Shown here piece after piece: positions 24,708 to 36,029 of a stretch of DNA of 64,000 bases. Numbering within the stretch: position 1 is the first letter of the stretch; each line of letters begins with the position of its first letter. Source of the stretch: Podarcis muralis. Lineage: Eukaryota. The DNA is taken from positions 3,410,001 through 3,474,000 of the forward strand of contig NC_135655.1 in assembly GCF_964188315.1 (NCBI RefSeq), given 5' to 3'. A program made the translations under genes and the position numbers. The notes beneath the pieces are model-generated. The model had not been told where the DNA came from. It saw only the letters and a program-made list of their open reading frames with translations, and did no database searches.

Positions 24708-24920
24708 TTACAGATAGGTAGCCGTGTTGGTCTGCCATAGTCAAAACAAAAAAAATTCCTTCCAGTAGCACCTTAAAGACCAACTAAGTTAGTTCTTGGT
24801 ATGAGCTTTCGTGTGCATGCACACTTCTTCAGATACACACACTGTGTATCTGAAGAAGTGTGCATGCACACGAAAGCTCATACCAAGAACTAACTTAGTT
24901 GGTCTTTAAGGTGCTACTGG
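24708..24920 (-). mobile_element. Penelope-like element, inverted (palindromic) pLTR with 12-bp TSD
   Basis: Perfect 80-bp arms 24760-24839 and 24843-24922 with 3-nt loop; AAACAAAATTAG at 24696-24707 and 24921-24932. Confidence 0.8.
24844..24883 (+). ncRNA. Minimal type I hammerhead ribozyme motif (mirror copy on - strand at 24799-24837)
   Basis: GTAT-CTGAAGA-A-GTGTG catg CACAC-GAAA-GC-TC^ATAC: CUGAnGA and GAAA core, stem II, stem I GTAT/ATAC; matches the PLE-associated HHR architecture. Confidence 0.8.
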
Positions 24921-24967
24921 AAACAAAATTAGATTGATGAAGTTAAGAGTTGGATGCTATACCATCA

Positions 24968-24986
24968 TCTGCCGCTAGAGGGCGAT
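24968..24986 (+). promoter_or_regulatory. CTCF-like motif upstream of LRR1
   Basis: TCTGCCGCTAGAGGGCGAT fits the CCnCnAGRKGGCR consensus. Confidence 0.5.
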
Positions 24987-25269
24987 AACTGGCTTTTATA
25001 GCCTGCCGGGAAGATACTGTAGTAGAGACGGCAGAAGACCATAGAGTTGCTTTCTACCCTTTCTCCATCTCTATGGAATCAGACGTCGCTTATCCCACGG
25101 GCGGGTTCGCACTGGGGGTCCTGAAGGCAGATGAGGCGTCTACCTAATCCGCCTGCTGCACTTGGATTTCTGAGGGCGGGAAGGGGGGGGCGAGAAGAGA
25201 GAAGCGAAGTTCGCGCCACAACTCTAGGGAAAAGAAACGGATCTGGCGGCAGGGGGCAGCTGCCGCGTA

Positions 25270-25482
25270 GAGATTGGGAGACGGGGATTCATCAGGCAGG
25301 CAGCGCTGTGGACAGCCGCGCCGTTGCGTAAGTATGGAAGCGACCGGATGAGGAAGGCCCGCTTTGGCTGTGTGGCGGTTTGATTCCTTTCCCGGCGGCG
25401 CGATGCGCGCGCAGGAGGCGGGAAAGGCGCTGGGTCGCCTTGGCGGCTTTTTGGCGGCGGCTGAGGCGGCGGCCGGGCGGAG
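25270..25482 (+). promoter_or_regulatory. LRR1 CpG-island promoter with CCAAT and E2F-like motifs
   Basis: ATTGG ~25273, TTTCCCGGC 25388-25396, GGCGGGAAA 25417-25425. Confidence 0.5.
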
Positions 25483-28400
25483 ATGCGGCTGCCGTGCGAG
25501 GTGTCGGTCGCGAGCCGCCTGCTCCCCTCGGCGGGGCTGCGAGCGCCGGGCCGCGCCGCCAGGGCTGTGCTGGCCCTCGGGAAGCCGCCCGCAGGAGGAG
25601 GAGGGGGAGTCTGGCTCCTGGTCAGCACCGCCCGGCACCGCCCGGGGGCCAAGTACCAGGTCAGGCAGGCAGGCAGGCCGGGACACGGCCCTGCTCTCTC
25701 TCTCTCTCCCCGCAGGGAGAGCCGAGCCCTCGGGGCCTCCTCGGTGGTGGCTCCTCCTCGTTCCTGGGAAGCCCCACGGGGGGGGGTCGCCTTATCCCGT
25801 TTGTTATAAAAGTATTTTAATTATTATTAGTACTACAGTGGTACCTCGGGTTGCATACGCTTCAGGTTACATACGCTACAGGTTACAGACTCCGCTAACC
25901 CAGAAATAGTACCTCGGGTTAAGAACTTTGCTTCAGGATGAGAACAGAAATCGCACAGCGGCAACGGGAGGCCTCATTAGCTAAAGTGGTGCTTCAGGTG
26001 AAGAACAATTTCAGGTTAAGGACGGCCCTCCAGAACGAATTAAGCACTTAACCCAAGGTACCACTGTACTGAAGTCCAGCTCTGAGGGCCTTCTGGTGGT
26101 TCCCTTCCTGCAAGAAGTGAGGTTACAGGGAACCAGGCAGAGGGCCTTCTCAGTGGTGGCGCCTGCCCTGTGGCACTATCTTATCTTTAAAAGACATCTG
26201 AAGGCAGCCCTGTTTAGGGAAGTTTTTAATATTTAATGTTGTACTGTTTTTAAACACTTGATTGGAAGCCGCCCAGAGTGACTGGGGAAACTCAGCCAGA
26301 TGGGCGGAGTATAAATAATAATAGTAATAATATGTGGGGGGACCCCATTGCATATACAGCACTCTTTCTTCCCATGCAAAGAAGGGAAATCAATCTAATT
26401 TTGCCTGGGATACCTAAATATGAAAGTCACATGGGCGTTGCCAGGGGGGGTCAGGGGGCAGCTGCCCCCTTAATTCAAGTAAATCAGTAAAAATACTTAA
26501 CTAACTGCCTGAGCAGATAGCTCGGTCTTGCTCCCCCCAGTATAAATGGCAGGAGGGGAGAGGGCTCTTTTATTCAAATCATGCTTGTGGGTTGGCCACA
26601 GTGAGAAGAGGTGTTTTTGGGGGGGACCCAATTGCACATCCAGCGCCCTTTCTTCGTGTGCAAAGAAGGGAAAGCAAATGAAAGAAGGAAATAAAAGAGA
26701 GCAAAGAATCGCCTCTCTCCCCTCATAAGTCAAGCTGCCTTTCTAATCAGGCCTTTGGCTTTTCACTGTCTTATTGGTCTTTAAGTCTTTTACAGGGTTT
26801 TTTTTGTGGGGGAAGCTTTTAATGTATTTTCCTCCCTCCCCCTCTCGGGTTTTAACATACGTATGGTTTGTCTTTTGGGGAAGTTGCTTTGACTAATGAA
26901 TTTAATAGTGTTTATTTTTATTCATTAAAATTCTATACTGCCCTTCATCGGAGGATCACATGGCAGCTTAAAATATAAAAACAAAAAAATACATAACATA
27001 GTAACAGACAAAAGCAGTAACACCCCCCTACATGCATGTGCACGCACACACAGTTGAAAAGGCTTCAATTAGGTTAACTAGGTTTAATTATTTCCCTTTT
27101 CTTCCCTCCCCCTCCCCTTTTATGAAGATTACCCGCTCTGAGACCCCACAGCTAATTCTCCCCTGGCCTCCTCGCTGGCCCAAGTAGGACCAATTCAGCC
27201 ACCTAGCCCACCTGGTGACTATCTAATTCTTATTAGATGGATTTCCCCCAAATTGATTCTTGAACTTTTGAATTTTGTTGTTATTCATGTTTTTATACTG
27301 TATTTTATGCTGCTTCTACGGTTGTTTTACATTTGTAGTTAGCCACCCTGAGTCCGGTTTTCTGAAACGGGAAGGGTGGGGTATAAATTTTAAAAAATTA
27401 TTTATTCATTATTATTATTATAAAGGCCTGGGAGAAGAGGAATGTTTTTGCCTGGTGCCTAAAGATGTGTAAAAAGGGGGCAGGTGAGCGCCCCTGGGCA
27501 GAGCATTCCTCAAGCAAGGAGCCACCACAGAATAATCCTGTTCTTGTGTTGCTGCCCTCTGGACCTCTCATGAAGGAGGCGCATGAAGAAGGGCCTTCAG
27601 ATCATGCTTGCAGGGTCTGGGTCCATTCCCATAGGGAGAGGCAGCCCTTGAGCTTTTGCAGTCCTAATAATAATAATAATTACTATTATTTATTATTTAT
27701 ACCCCGCCCATCTGGCTGAGTTTCCCCAGCCACTCTGGGCGGCTCCCAATCAAGTGTTAAAAACAATACAGCATTAAATATTAAAAGCTTCCCTGAACAG
27801 GGCTGCCTTCAGATGTCTTCTAAAAGTCTGGTAGTTGTTCTTTTTGACATTTCTTGGGAGGGCGTTCCACAGGGCAGGTGCCACCACCAAGAAGGCCCTC
27901 TGCCTGGTTCCCTGTAGCTTTGCTTCTTGCAGTGAGGGAACCGCCAGAAGGCCCTCGGCACTGGACTTCAGTGTCCGGGCTGGATGATGGGGGTGGAGAC
28001 GCTCCTTCAGGTATACTGGACCTGTTCAGTTTCTGTTAATTGGTTCTCGTGGGAAACTTGCAGATTCTAGCTTCGCACAATTAACTCAGGCTGGTGTCAA
28101 TTTACTCTTGGCAGAAAGCCCAGGTCTGCTTGACCTAGAAACTACTTACTCTGATTGGTCAACGACCAGCACTCAACTCTGTTATCAAGGGTTTGCTAGC
28201 TCAGTTTGAAGTGAGGTGTTGTTAGGAGTAGAAGTGCTGTGTATGGTTTTGAGAGAGAGAGAAAGAGAGGGTTTATTTTGCTTTGTTTTGTATGCAGAAA
28301 CTCTGCTGGTTTTATTTTCTCCTTTTAATAAATCCTGTAAATAGTTATTCTGAGTCTAGCTGACTTGTCATTACTGCCGCAACTAGCTTCCTCGCTGTGC

Positions 28401-31400
28401 AGGAAAACTCTGCTACGTTTGGGCTAAAGCCAATAGGGCTATGCCTGACACTTCAAAGTTCCATGAGGTTATGGGCATTGTGCTGCCAGCCTGAGTTGCG
28501 GTGGTGTCATCATCAACGGCGTTGGTTCCAGTAGTTCCAGAAGTTGTTGTTCCTGTTGGTGCAGCAGATGGACACTGGCTGGTTCCTGACTGTGGTGAGC
28601 TGGTGACGCAGCGGACACAAGGACAACAGCTGCAGCGTGTGAGTGCTGGGTGCTGTGGTTCCTGTTTTCTCTCTCGGTGGTCGTGAGTAGCTGGTTCCGG
28701 GTTCCAGGGACATCGCTCTCAAGATGGCCTCACAACCAGTTCAGATGGCTTTTGAGCGTCTGAACGACTCCAATTACTTGCTGTGGTCGGAACGCATGCA
28801 GGCAGTGCTGCAGAGGGATCGTCTCTGGCAAGTGGTGAGTAAGTTTCCTGCGAAGCCTGATGATGAAGACCTCGATAAAGACCAAAGAGCAAGGGCCACA
28901 ATTGTCTTGGGGCTGGAAGATTCCCAGTTGCCGTATGTGAGGGGAATCAAGACAGCTAGAGATGTGTGGCAAGCACTTAAAGAACTCCATGTGCGTGAGA
29001 CAGCGGTTTCCAAGCTGTTCATTCGCAAGGCATTGTACAAGGCAATGTTACAGCCTGGGGTTACAATGCAGGAACACCTACACAGTTTACAGTTAAAGTT
29101 TACTGCGCTACAGGAAAGAGACTGTGCGTTAGACCAGCAAGAGAAGGTGGCTATTATTTTGAGTTCTCTCCCGGAAAGCTGGGATAATTTAGTTTTGTCT
29201 CTAGAAGGCATGCAGGAGCATGATTTATCAGTCAGTTACGTTACTGGGCGTTTGATTGAAGAATGGCAGAAGAGGCAAGAAAGGTCGTTGGCTGCAGAGG
29301 CTTCTACAGGTGGGCGGTTTGGAAGGAGTTCTCATGCCGAGCCAGAGGTGAAGCAAAAGCAGCGTACCGGTGAGGAGTCAGCGTTTGCTGTTAGGCGTTG
29401 TTTCCAATGTGGGTCTTCAGCGCATCTAAAACGACAATGTCCGGAGTTGGTCAAGTCCCAGTTGCCAGTGCAGGAGCAGAGACGAGATCAGCAGCAGCAG
29501 CGTAAAAAGAAATTCTTCAAACGAAAACAGTCGGCTCAGCTGGTGACCGGCGAGGTCAAGATTGCTGATGAGAAACAAGCGGTCTGGGTGGTCGATTCGG
29601 GAGCATCTCGCCACATCGTAAATACAGATGAATTGTTTGTTTCCAAGAACTCAGCACAGCGCAGCCAGGTGGCTCTAGCAGACGGAAGTACTTCCGAAGT
29701 GATTTCGGGGGGTGCAGTTTTTGTTCCTTGTCTTCGTGAATGCCTGCAAAATGTACTTTGTGTGCCTTCATTAAGGAGCAATCTGATGTCTGTAGATTGT
29801 TTGCTAAAAGCTGGGTTTAAAGTGTATTTTGAAGGAGACAGTTGCATTATTAAGAAGGCTGGTGAGATTTTAGGCACTGCTAAGTCAGAGGGAGGCTTGT
29901 TTTGGCTTAAAGCAGGATCTCAAGTTGCAGCAGTAGTCAGTAAATCTCAGCCTGCAGTGAATAACAAAGCTATACATGACAACTGTGTGCACTTATTGCA
30001 TAGGAAAATGGGGCATGCTTGCTGGAAAAGTGTACTAAAAATGTCTGAATTGGCTGATGGGGGTAATTTAAAGAGTTGTAACAAGTACCTTGATTGTAAT
30101 GTGTGTAAAAAGGTTAAAACCCACAGAGTCTCTTACCCCAGAAGCGACAGAGTTAGTGAGGCACCGCTACAGCTGGTTCACATGGACGTAATTGGTCCAT
30201 TTGCTGTAAGCAGGGGTGGATCACGTTTTTCACTAACAATTGTGGATGACGCCACGCGTTACTCCTGGGTTTTTCCCATGAAAAATAAGGGTGACGTGTT
30301 CACTAAGTTTAAAGGCTGGGTGGCATCTGTGGAAAGATTTCTGTCCATTAAACTCAAAAGGATTCAGACGGACAGAGGTGGCAAATTTATGTCAAATGCC
30401 TTTAAAGATTGGTTACAAAAGCGTGGCATTGGGCATAGAAAAACGAACGTTTTTCCCCCAGAGGAGAATGGCGTTGCAGAGCGGAAAAACAGATCTTTAC
30501 AAGATATGATGTTTGCCATGCTTGATGATGCTGATTTGCCCATGTCTTATTGGGGGGAGAGCATGCTCACCGCGTGTTATCTCCAAAACAGGCTCTTTCA
30601 TCAAACAATAGGTACAACCCCGTACTTTAAATTGTTTCAGAAAAAACCCAAAATTGACCATTTGCATGTGTTTGGATCGAAAGCCTGGGTATTAATTCCG
30701 AAACAAATGAGGAAGAATGGAGATTCTAAGACCAAACAGTTAGTGTTTGTGGGTTACCAGGAGCTGGGAAAAGGTTTCCGTTTTGCTGAAGGGACAAATG
30801 GCATTGTGATCTCCAGGAATGCCAGTTTTTGTGAACATAGTGGCTGGGAGAGACTACATGCCAATACTGAGGTTTGGTTTGAACCTTCCCAGGAGCTTCA
30901 TGACTCTGAAGGTAGACACAGGGAGTCAGAGTCTGAGGGGGAGGAAAGTTCAGATAAGAGCTCTCAAGAAAGTGGAGTTAGCCAAAGACCAGTTGCTAAG
31001 CAACAAAAGAGAGGTCGTAGTTCTGAGGAGGAAAGTGGGTCAGAAGAAAAATTTTCTCCCAGAAGATCTAAAAGACAAAACAAAGGAGTGCCTCCGGTGC
31101 GTTTTTCCCCAGATACTGCAAATGTGTTTAGTGTAATTGCAGAACCTAAGAGTTTTCAGGAAGTGTTAAAGTTACCAAAAGAGGAGGCAGAGCGCTGGAA
31201 ACAGGCAATGGAGGAAGAGATGTCCTCTCTGAATGAGCACAAGGTTTTTACACCAGTAGCAGCGCCTGAGGGGGCAAAGATTGTAGGCTGCAGGTGGGTG
31301 TACAAACTTAAACCTCTGGTGACAGGAGAGTACAAATACAAAGCTCGTTTAGTGGCTCAAGGATACTCTCAGAGGCCTGGAAAAGATTATGACGAGACTT

Positions 31401-34400
31401 TTTCCCCTACTGCTAAGGGGGACAGTGTAAGGCTGATTTTAACACTTGGAGCAAAGAGAAAACTCCTGTTAAACCATTTTGATATCCAGACTGCATATTT
31501 ACATGCATCAATATCAGAAGACCTGTATCTAGCCGAACCGCCTGGTTATGAGACAGGTTCCAATAAAGTGTTGAAATTAAACAAAGCTCTATATGGTCTC
31601 AAACAGGCTGCAAGATCTTGGAACAAATGTTTCCATGAGGCTTTAGTGTCATTTGGTTTCAAGCAGAGTACAGCTGACAATTGTGTTTATGTACGTGGTA
31701 CAGGCAGTGATCAAGAGTTTTGTCTGATTTATGTAGATGATGTTTTGTATGCATGCAAAACAGATAAACAAACTAAAAGGTTTGCCAAACAATTGTCCAG
31801 TAAGTTCAAAGTGAAAGACTTAGGCCCGGTTAGGACATATCTAGGGTTGGAAGTGTGCTGGGCCCAAGATGGCAGCTGCCTAATTAGTCAGCAGAACAAA
31901 GTTAAACAACTACTGACTACATACAGGATGCAGGATTGCAAAGGGGCAGTGGTGCCTATGGATCCAGGTTTCATAAAAACACTTCATACAGATGAGAGTC
32001 CTGAATTTGAACATCCTGATGTATATCACTCTGTAATTGGAAGTTTATTGTATCTAGCACAGTGGTCCAGACCTGATATTAGTTATGCAGTAGGCATATT
32101 AAGTAGATTGGTCTCAAAACCCACACTAAATGCCTGGAAAGGGGTAAAACAAGTTCTGAGGTATCTCAAACAGACAATTGGCTATATTTACAGATGGGTA
32201 GCCGTGTTGGTCTGCCAATTGGCTATATGTTACAATTAAATTCTTCAGAGGATGAAATGTTGAGTTGCTACTGTGATAGTGATTGGGGAAATTTGCCGGA
32301 TAGAAAATCTGTCACAGGACTAGTCATAATGGTCGGTGGAGCTTTAATCAGCTGGCGGTCACGCAAGCAAGACGTTGTAAGTGTGTCATCAACGGAATCA
32401 GAGTACGCCGCATTGAGTGAATTGTGCAACGAGGTGATTTATTTCAAGCATTTGTTAGCAGATTTAAATGTAAATTGTGGAGAACCAGTACAAGTTTACA
32501 TTGATAATCAAGCTTGTATAACCTTAAGTAAAACAGAGGGTTTCAAATCGCGTTCCAAACATATCTCTGTAAAATACCAAAATGTACGTTGCTGTGTACA
32601 AGACAATGTAATCACCTGTACTTATGTATCAAGTGAAGAAAATGTAGCAGATGTGTTAACTAAACCATTGGCAAAGATAAAGAACAAGCGAATGTGCAAG
32701 GGTTTAGGTTTGCTGGAAAAATGATCTCCTACATAGGTGTATTTGATGTTAATTGTTCAGCAGAATCTGTGAGGGGGTGTTCAGTTTCTGTTAATTGGTT
32801 CTCGTGGGAAACTTGCAGATTCTAGCTTCGCACAATTAACTCAGGCTGGTGTCAATTTACTCTTGGCAGAAAGCCCAGGTCTGCTTGACCTAGAAACTAC
32901 TTACTCTGATTGGTCAACGACCAGCACTCAACTCTGTTATCAAGGGATTGCTAGCTCAGTTTGAAGTGAGGTGTGTTAGGAGTAGAAGTGCTGTGTATGG
33001 TTTTGAGAGAGAGAAAGAGAGGGTTTATTTTGCTTTGTTTTGTATGCAGAAACTCTGCTGGTTTTATTTTCTCCTTTTAATAAATCCTGTAAATAGTTAT
33101 TCTGAGTCTAGCTGACTTGTCATTACTGCCGCAACTAGCTTCCTCGCTGTGCAGGAAAAACTCTGCTACGTTTGGGCTAAAGCCAATAGGGCTATGCCTG
33201 ACACTTCAAAGTTCCATGAGGACCGACGCCGTTTAGGGCTTTCAAGGTCAACAGCAACACTTTGAATTGTGCTCGGAAACATACTGGGAGCCAATGCAGA
33301 TCTCTCAGGACCGGTGTTATGTGGTCCCGGCAGATAATAGCTTGGATGCTTTCAAAGAGGATTGGGCAAAGGCATAGAGGAGAGGGTATTAATGGATACT
33401 AGCCACGATGGCTGCGCTCTGCCCTCCACAGATGGAGATAGCATGCTTCCGAATACCAGTTGCTGGAAACTGCAAGAGGGAAGACTGTTATTGTGCTTGG
33501 GTCTTAACTTCCTCTGGTGAGCTTCTGATTCGCCACTGTGAGAGGAGGATTTTGGGCTAGATGGGCCACTGGACTGATGATCCAGGAAGCTCTTCTTAAG
33601 CTCTTATGAGACTCTTGCCCAGAACTGCCAGCAGCCCCTCCTCTGCATGTAATGAGGACCAAGACGAGGGTGCCGTTCATTTATTTTGGCTGTCAACAAG
33701 CATCCTCAGAAGAGCCTGGCTGCCTCACCGTGGCCAAGCAGGTGCCTAGGGGAAGCCTGCAAGCAGGACCTAGGGAATAATAGAGGCCAACTCCCATCCT
33801 GCCCTGCCTGTAAGCTTCAATAATAATAATAATAATATTTATACCCCGCCCATCTGGCTGAGTTTCCCCAGCCACTCTGGGCGGCTCCCAATCAAATGTT
33901 AAAAACAGTACAGCATTAAATATTAAAAACTTCCCTAACAGGGCTGCCTTCAGATGTCTTTTAAAGAGAGGATAGCTGCTTATTTCCTTCACATCTGAAG
34001 GGAGGGTGGGCGCCACCACCGAGAAGGCCCTCTGCCTGGTTCCCTGTAACTTCACTTCTCTCAATGAGGGAACTGCCAGAAGGCCCTCAGGGCTGGATCT
34101 CAGTGTCCGGGCTGCGCGATGTGGGTGGTGACGCTCCTTCAGACATACCGGTATTCTAAGGGCATAGCTGTCACTTTTTCCCTTTTATTGCGAGGAATCC
34201 TATTCGGAATAAGGGGATTTCCCTTTAAAAAGTGGAAACGTTGACAGCTATTTCTAAGGGTCACCTGGTTGGCACCTGAGGGAGAAAGCTGTAGTGAGGG
34301 CTGCTGGAGCATTGGAAAATGTACTCTTTATTAGTTACTTGGATTTATCTGTAGCTCTGATCAGAACATGCGGGTCCCTTAAGAGGCAGAGAACAGAAGC

Positions 34401-35998
34401 AAAGAGCGACATGGCAACAGCCACGTTAGCAAAGCTGGAGGACGTGCCCAAGAAAAGGGGCTGCAAAAATTTATCAGGCTTGAAGTCCCCAGATACTCAA
34501 GGTGAAGTACTTCCTGGAGCTGAAGAACTAGATTAGGACACTGAAATCGGATACTAATTCCACTAATGAATTGGCAATTACTTGGCCACTGTGTAAAATG
34601 CTTTGAAAATTACAGATAATATGTTGTTTGGGAAGCAGAAGCCCTTCCAAAGCTGCTTTTGTCAAATATTAGCTTTGTATATGATTATTCGGCGGCCTCC
34701 GTCTTCCTGCTCTGAACTTGTGCTTTCAGTCCTTATCACCTTGGTCCTGGTTTGAAAAGCCATGGGGCAGATCTGGGATATTGCAGTGGTGAATAGGGAA
34801 CAGTGGAGGGTTAAGGTGCCATTTGCTCCAGAGGAGTGGGAAGCTGTGCCACCAGTATTTTAAGAAGAGTTTTGCTGAATCAGGCTCAGCTTTCGGACAC
34901 TGTCCAGTCACAAGGGGCTTTATAAAATGAACAGATTGTGAATCCCTTCCCACATTTTTAAAGCCGGAATATCTGGTTGGCAATTTGAACATGAAGCTTG
35001 TTTTTGGGTGCTCAGCAGGGAATGTTTACTTACAGGCTCATGGCTCTATTGTGCTCTTTTCCTTTTGAAAACAGCTGAGAGAGAACATAGAACAGCTCTT
35101 TACTAAGTTCGTGGAGGAAGGAAAAGCCACCGTGCGGCTGAAGGAGCCAGCCGTGGACATCTGTCTCAGCAAGGTATGGCGTCAGGCCAGGGGCAGCAGA
35201 TGGTCTTCTAACTGCGTGTTCTCACTTGCCAAATTAGGGTGGTGTCAAGGTAGCCCTTCTTGGATGACAGGAAAAGACATGTACCCTCCCCAACCTCTAA
35301 CCTGTCTCTGCTGAAATGATTAAATTTGGGGTTGATTCACAGGAGTTTGGATGCAGCAGGAAGCTCATTAGCTTCTCCTTTGATCTTCCAAGGTTAAGAA
35401 ATAGCGGTTGGGAGCTTTGTGACGTCTTGGCCGTCTCACAGTGAAGAGATAAAAATGCATCATAATGTATGTGCTTCATTGATTCTTAAGCAGAGGTTGG
35501 ATGGCCATCTGTCATGTATGATCTAGTTGAGATTCTGGCATCGCAGGGGCTTGGATCAGAGGACCCTTGAGGTCCCTTCCAAGTCTACAATTCTATGATT
35601 CTACTTGTTTACATTATGTAGATATCATTATATATATATATACCGTATTTTTTGCACCATAACGCTCACTTTTTTCCTTCTAGAAAGTAAGGGGAAATGT
35701 CTGTGCGTGTTATGGAGCGAATGCCTGCGGGTGGCGGGGGGGATCTGCTGCAGTCGTGAGCAGAGGATCCATGGTTCCCCTTCCTTCCCTCCTCCGTGGT
35801 TACAAAGCATGGATCCTCAGGATTTTTGCATTGGGCTATTCCAAACTCACTGTCAGATCACATGTCTGTGGCCACAGCATGAACCACAAAAATCATATAT
35901 CCACTATTTCGTTTAGAATATTTTTTTTTCTTGTTTTCCTCCTCTAAAAACTACGTGCGTGTTATGGTCTGGTGCGTGTTATAGAGCGAAAAATACGG

Positions 35999-36029
<31 letters not shown>

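Larger units (their letters stand above)
28023..33219 (+). mobile_element. Full-length Ty1/copia LTR retrotransposon in LRR1 intron 1
   Basis: Two LTRs, 5-bp TSD GGACC (28018-28022 and 33220-33224), PBS GGTTATGGGC (28467-28476), PPT GAGGGGG (32771-32777), gag-PR-IN-RT-RH order. Confidence 0.96.

Noticed and set aside
32194-32724. Separate 176-aa gene
   Set aside because: It is the RNase H end of copia pol, displaced by the 41-bp insertion.
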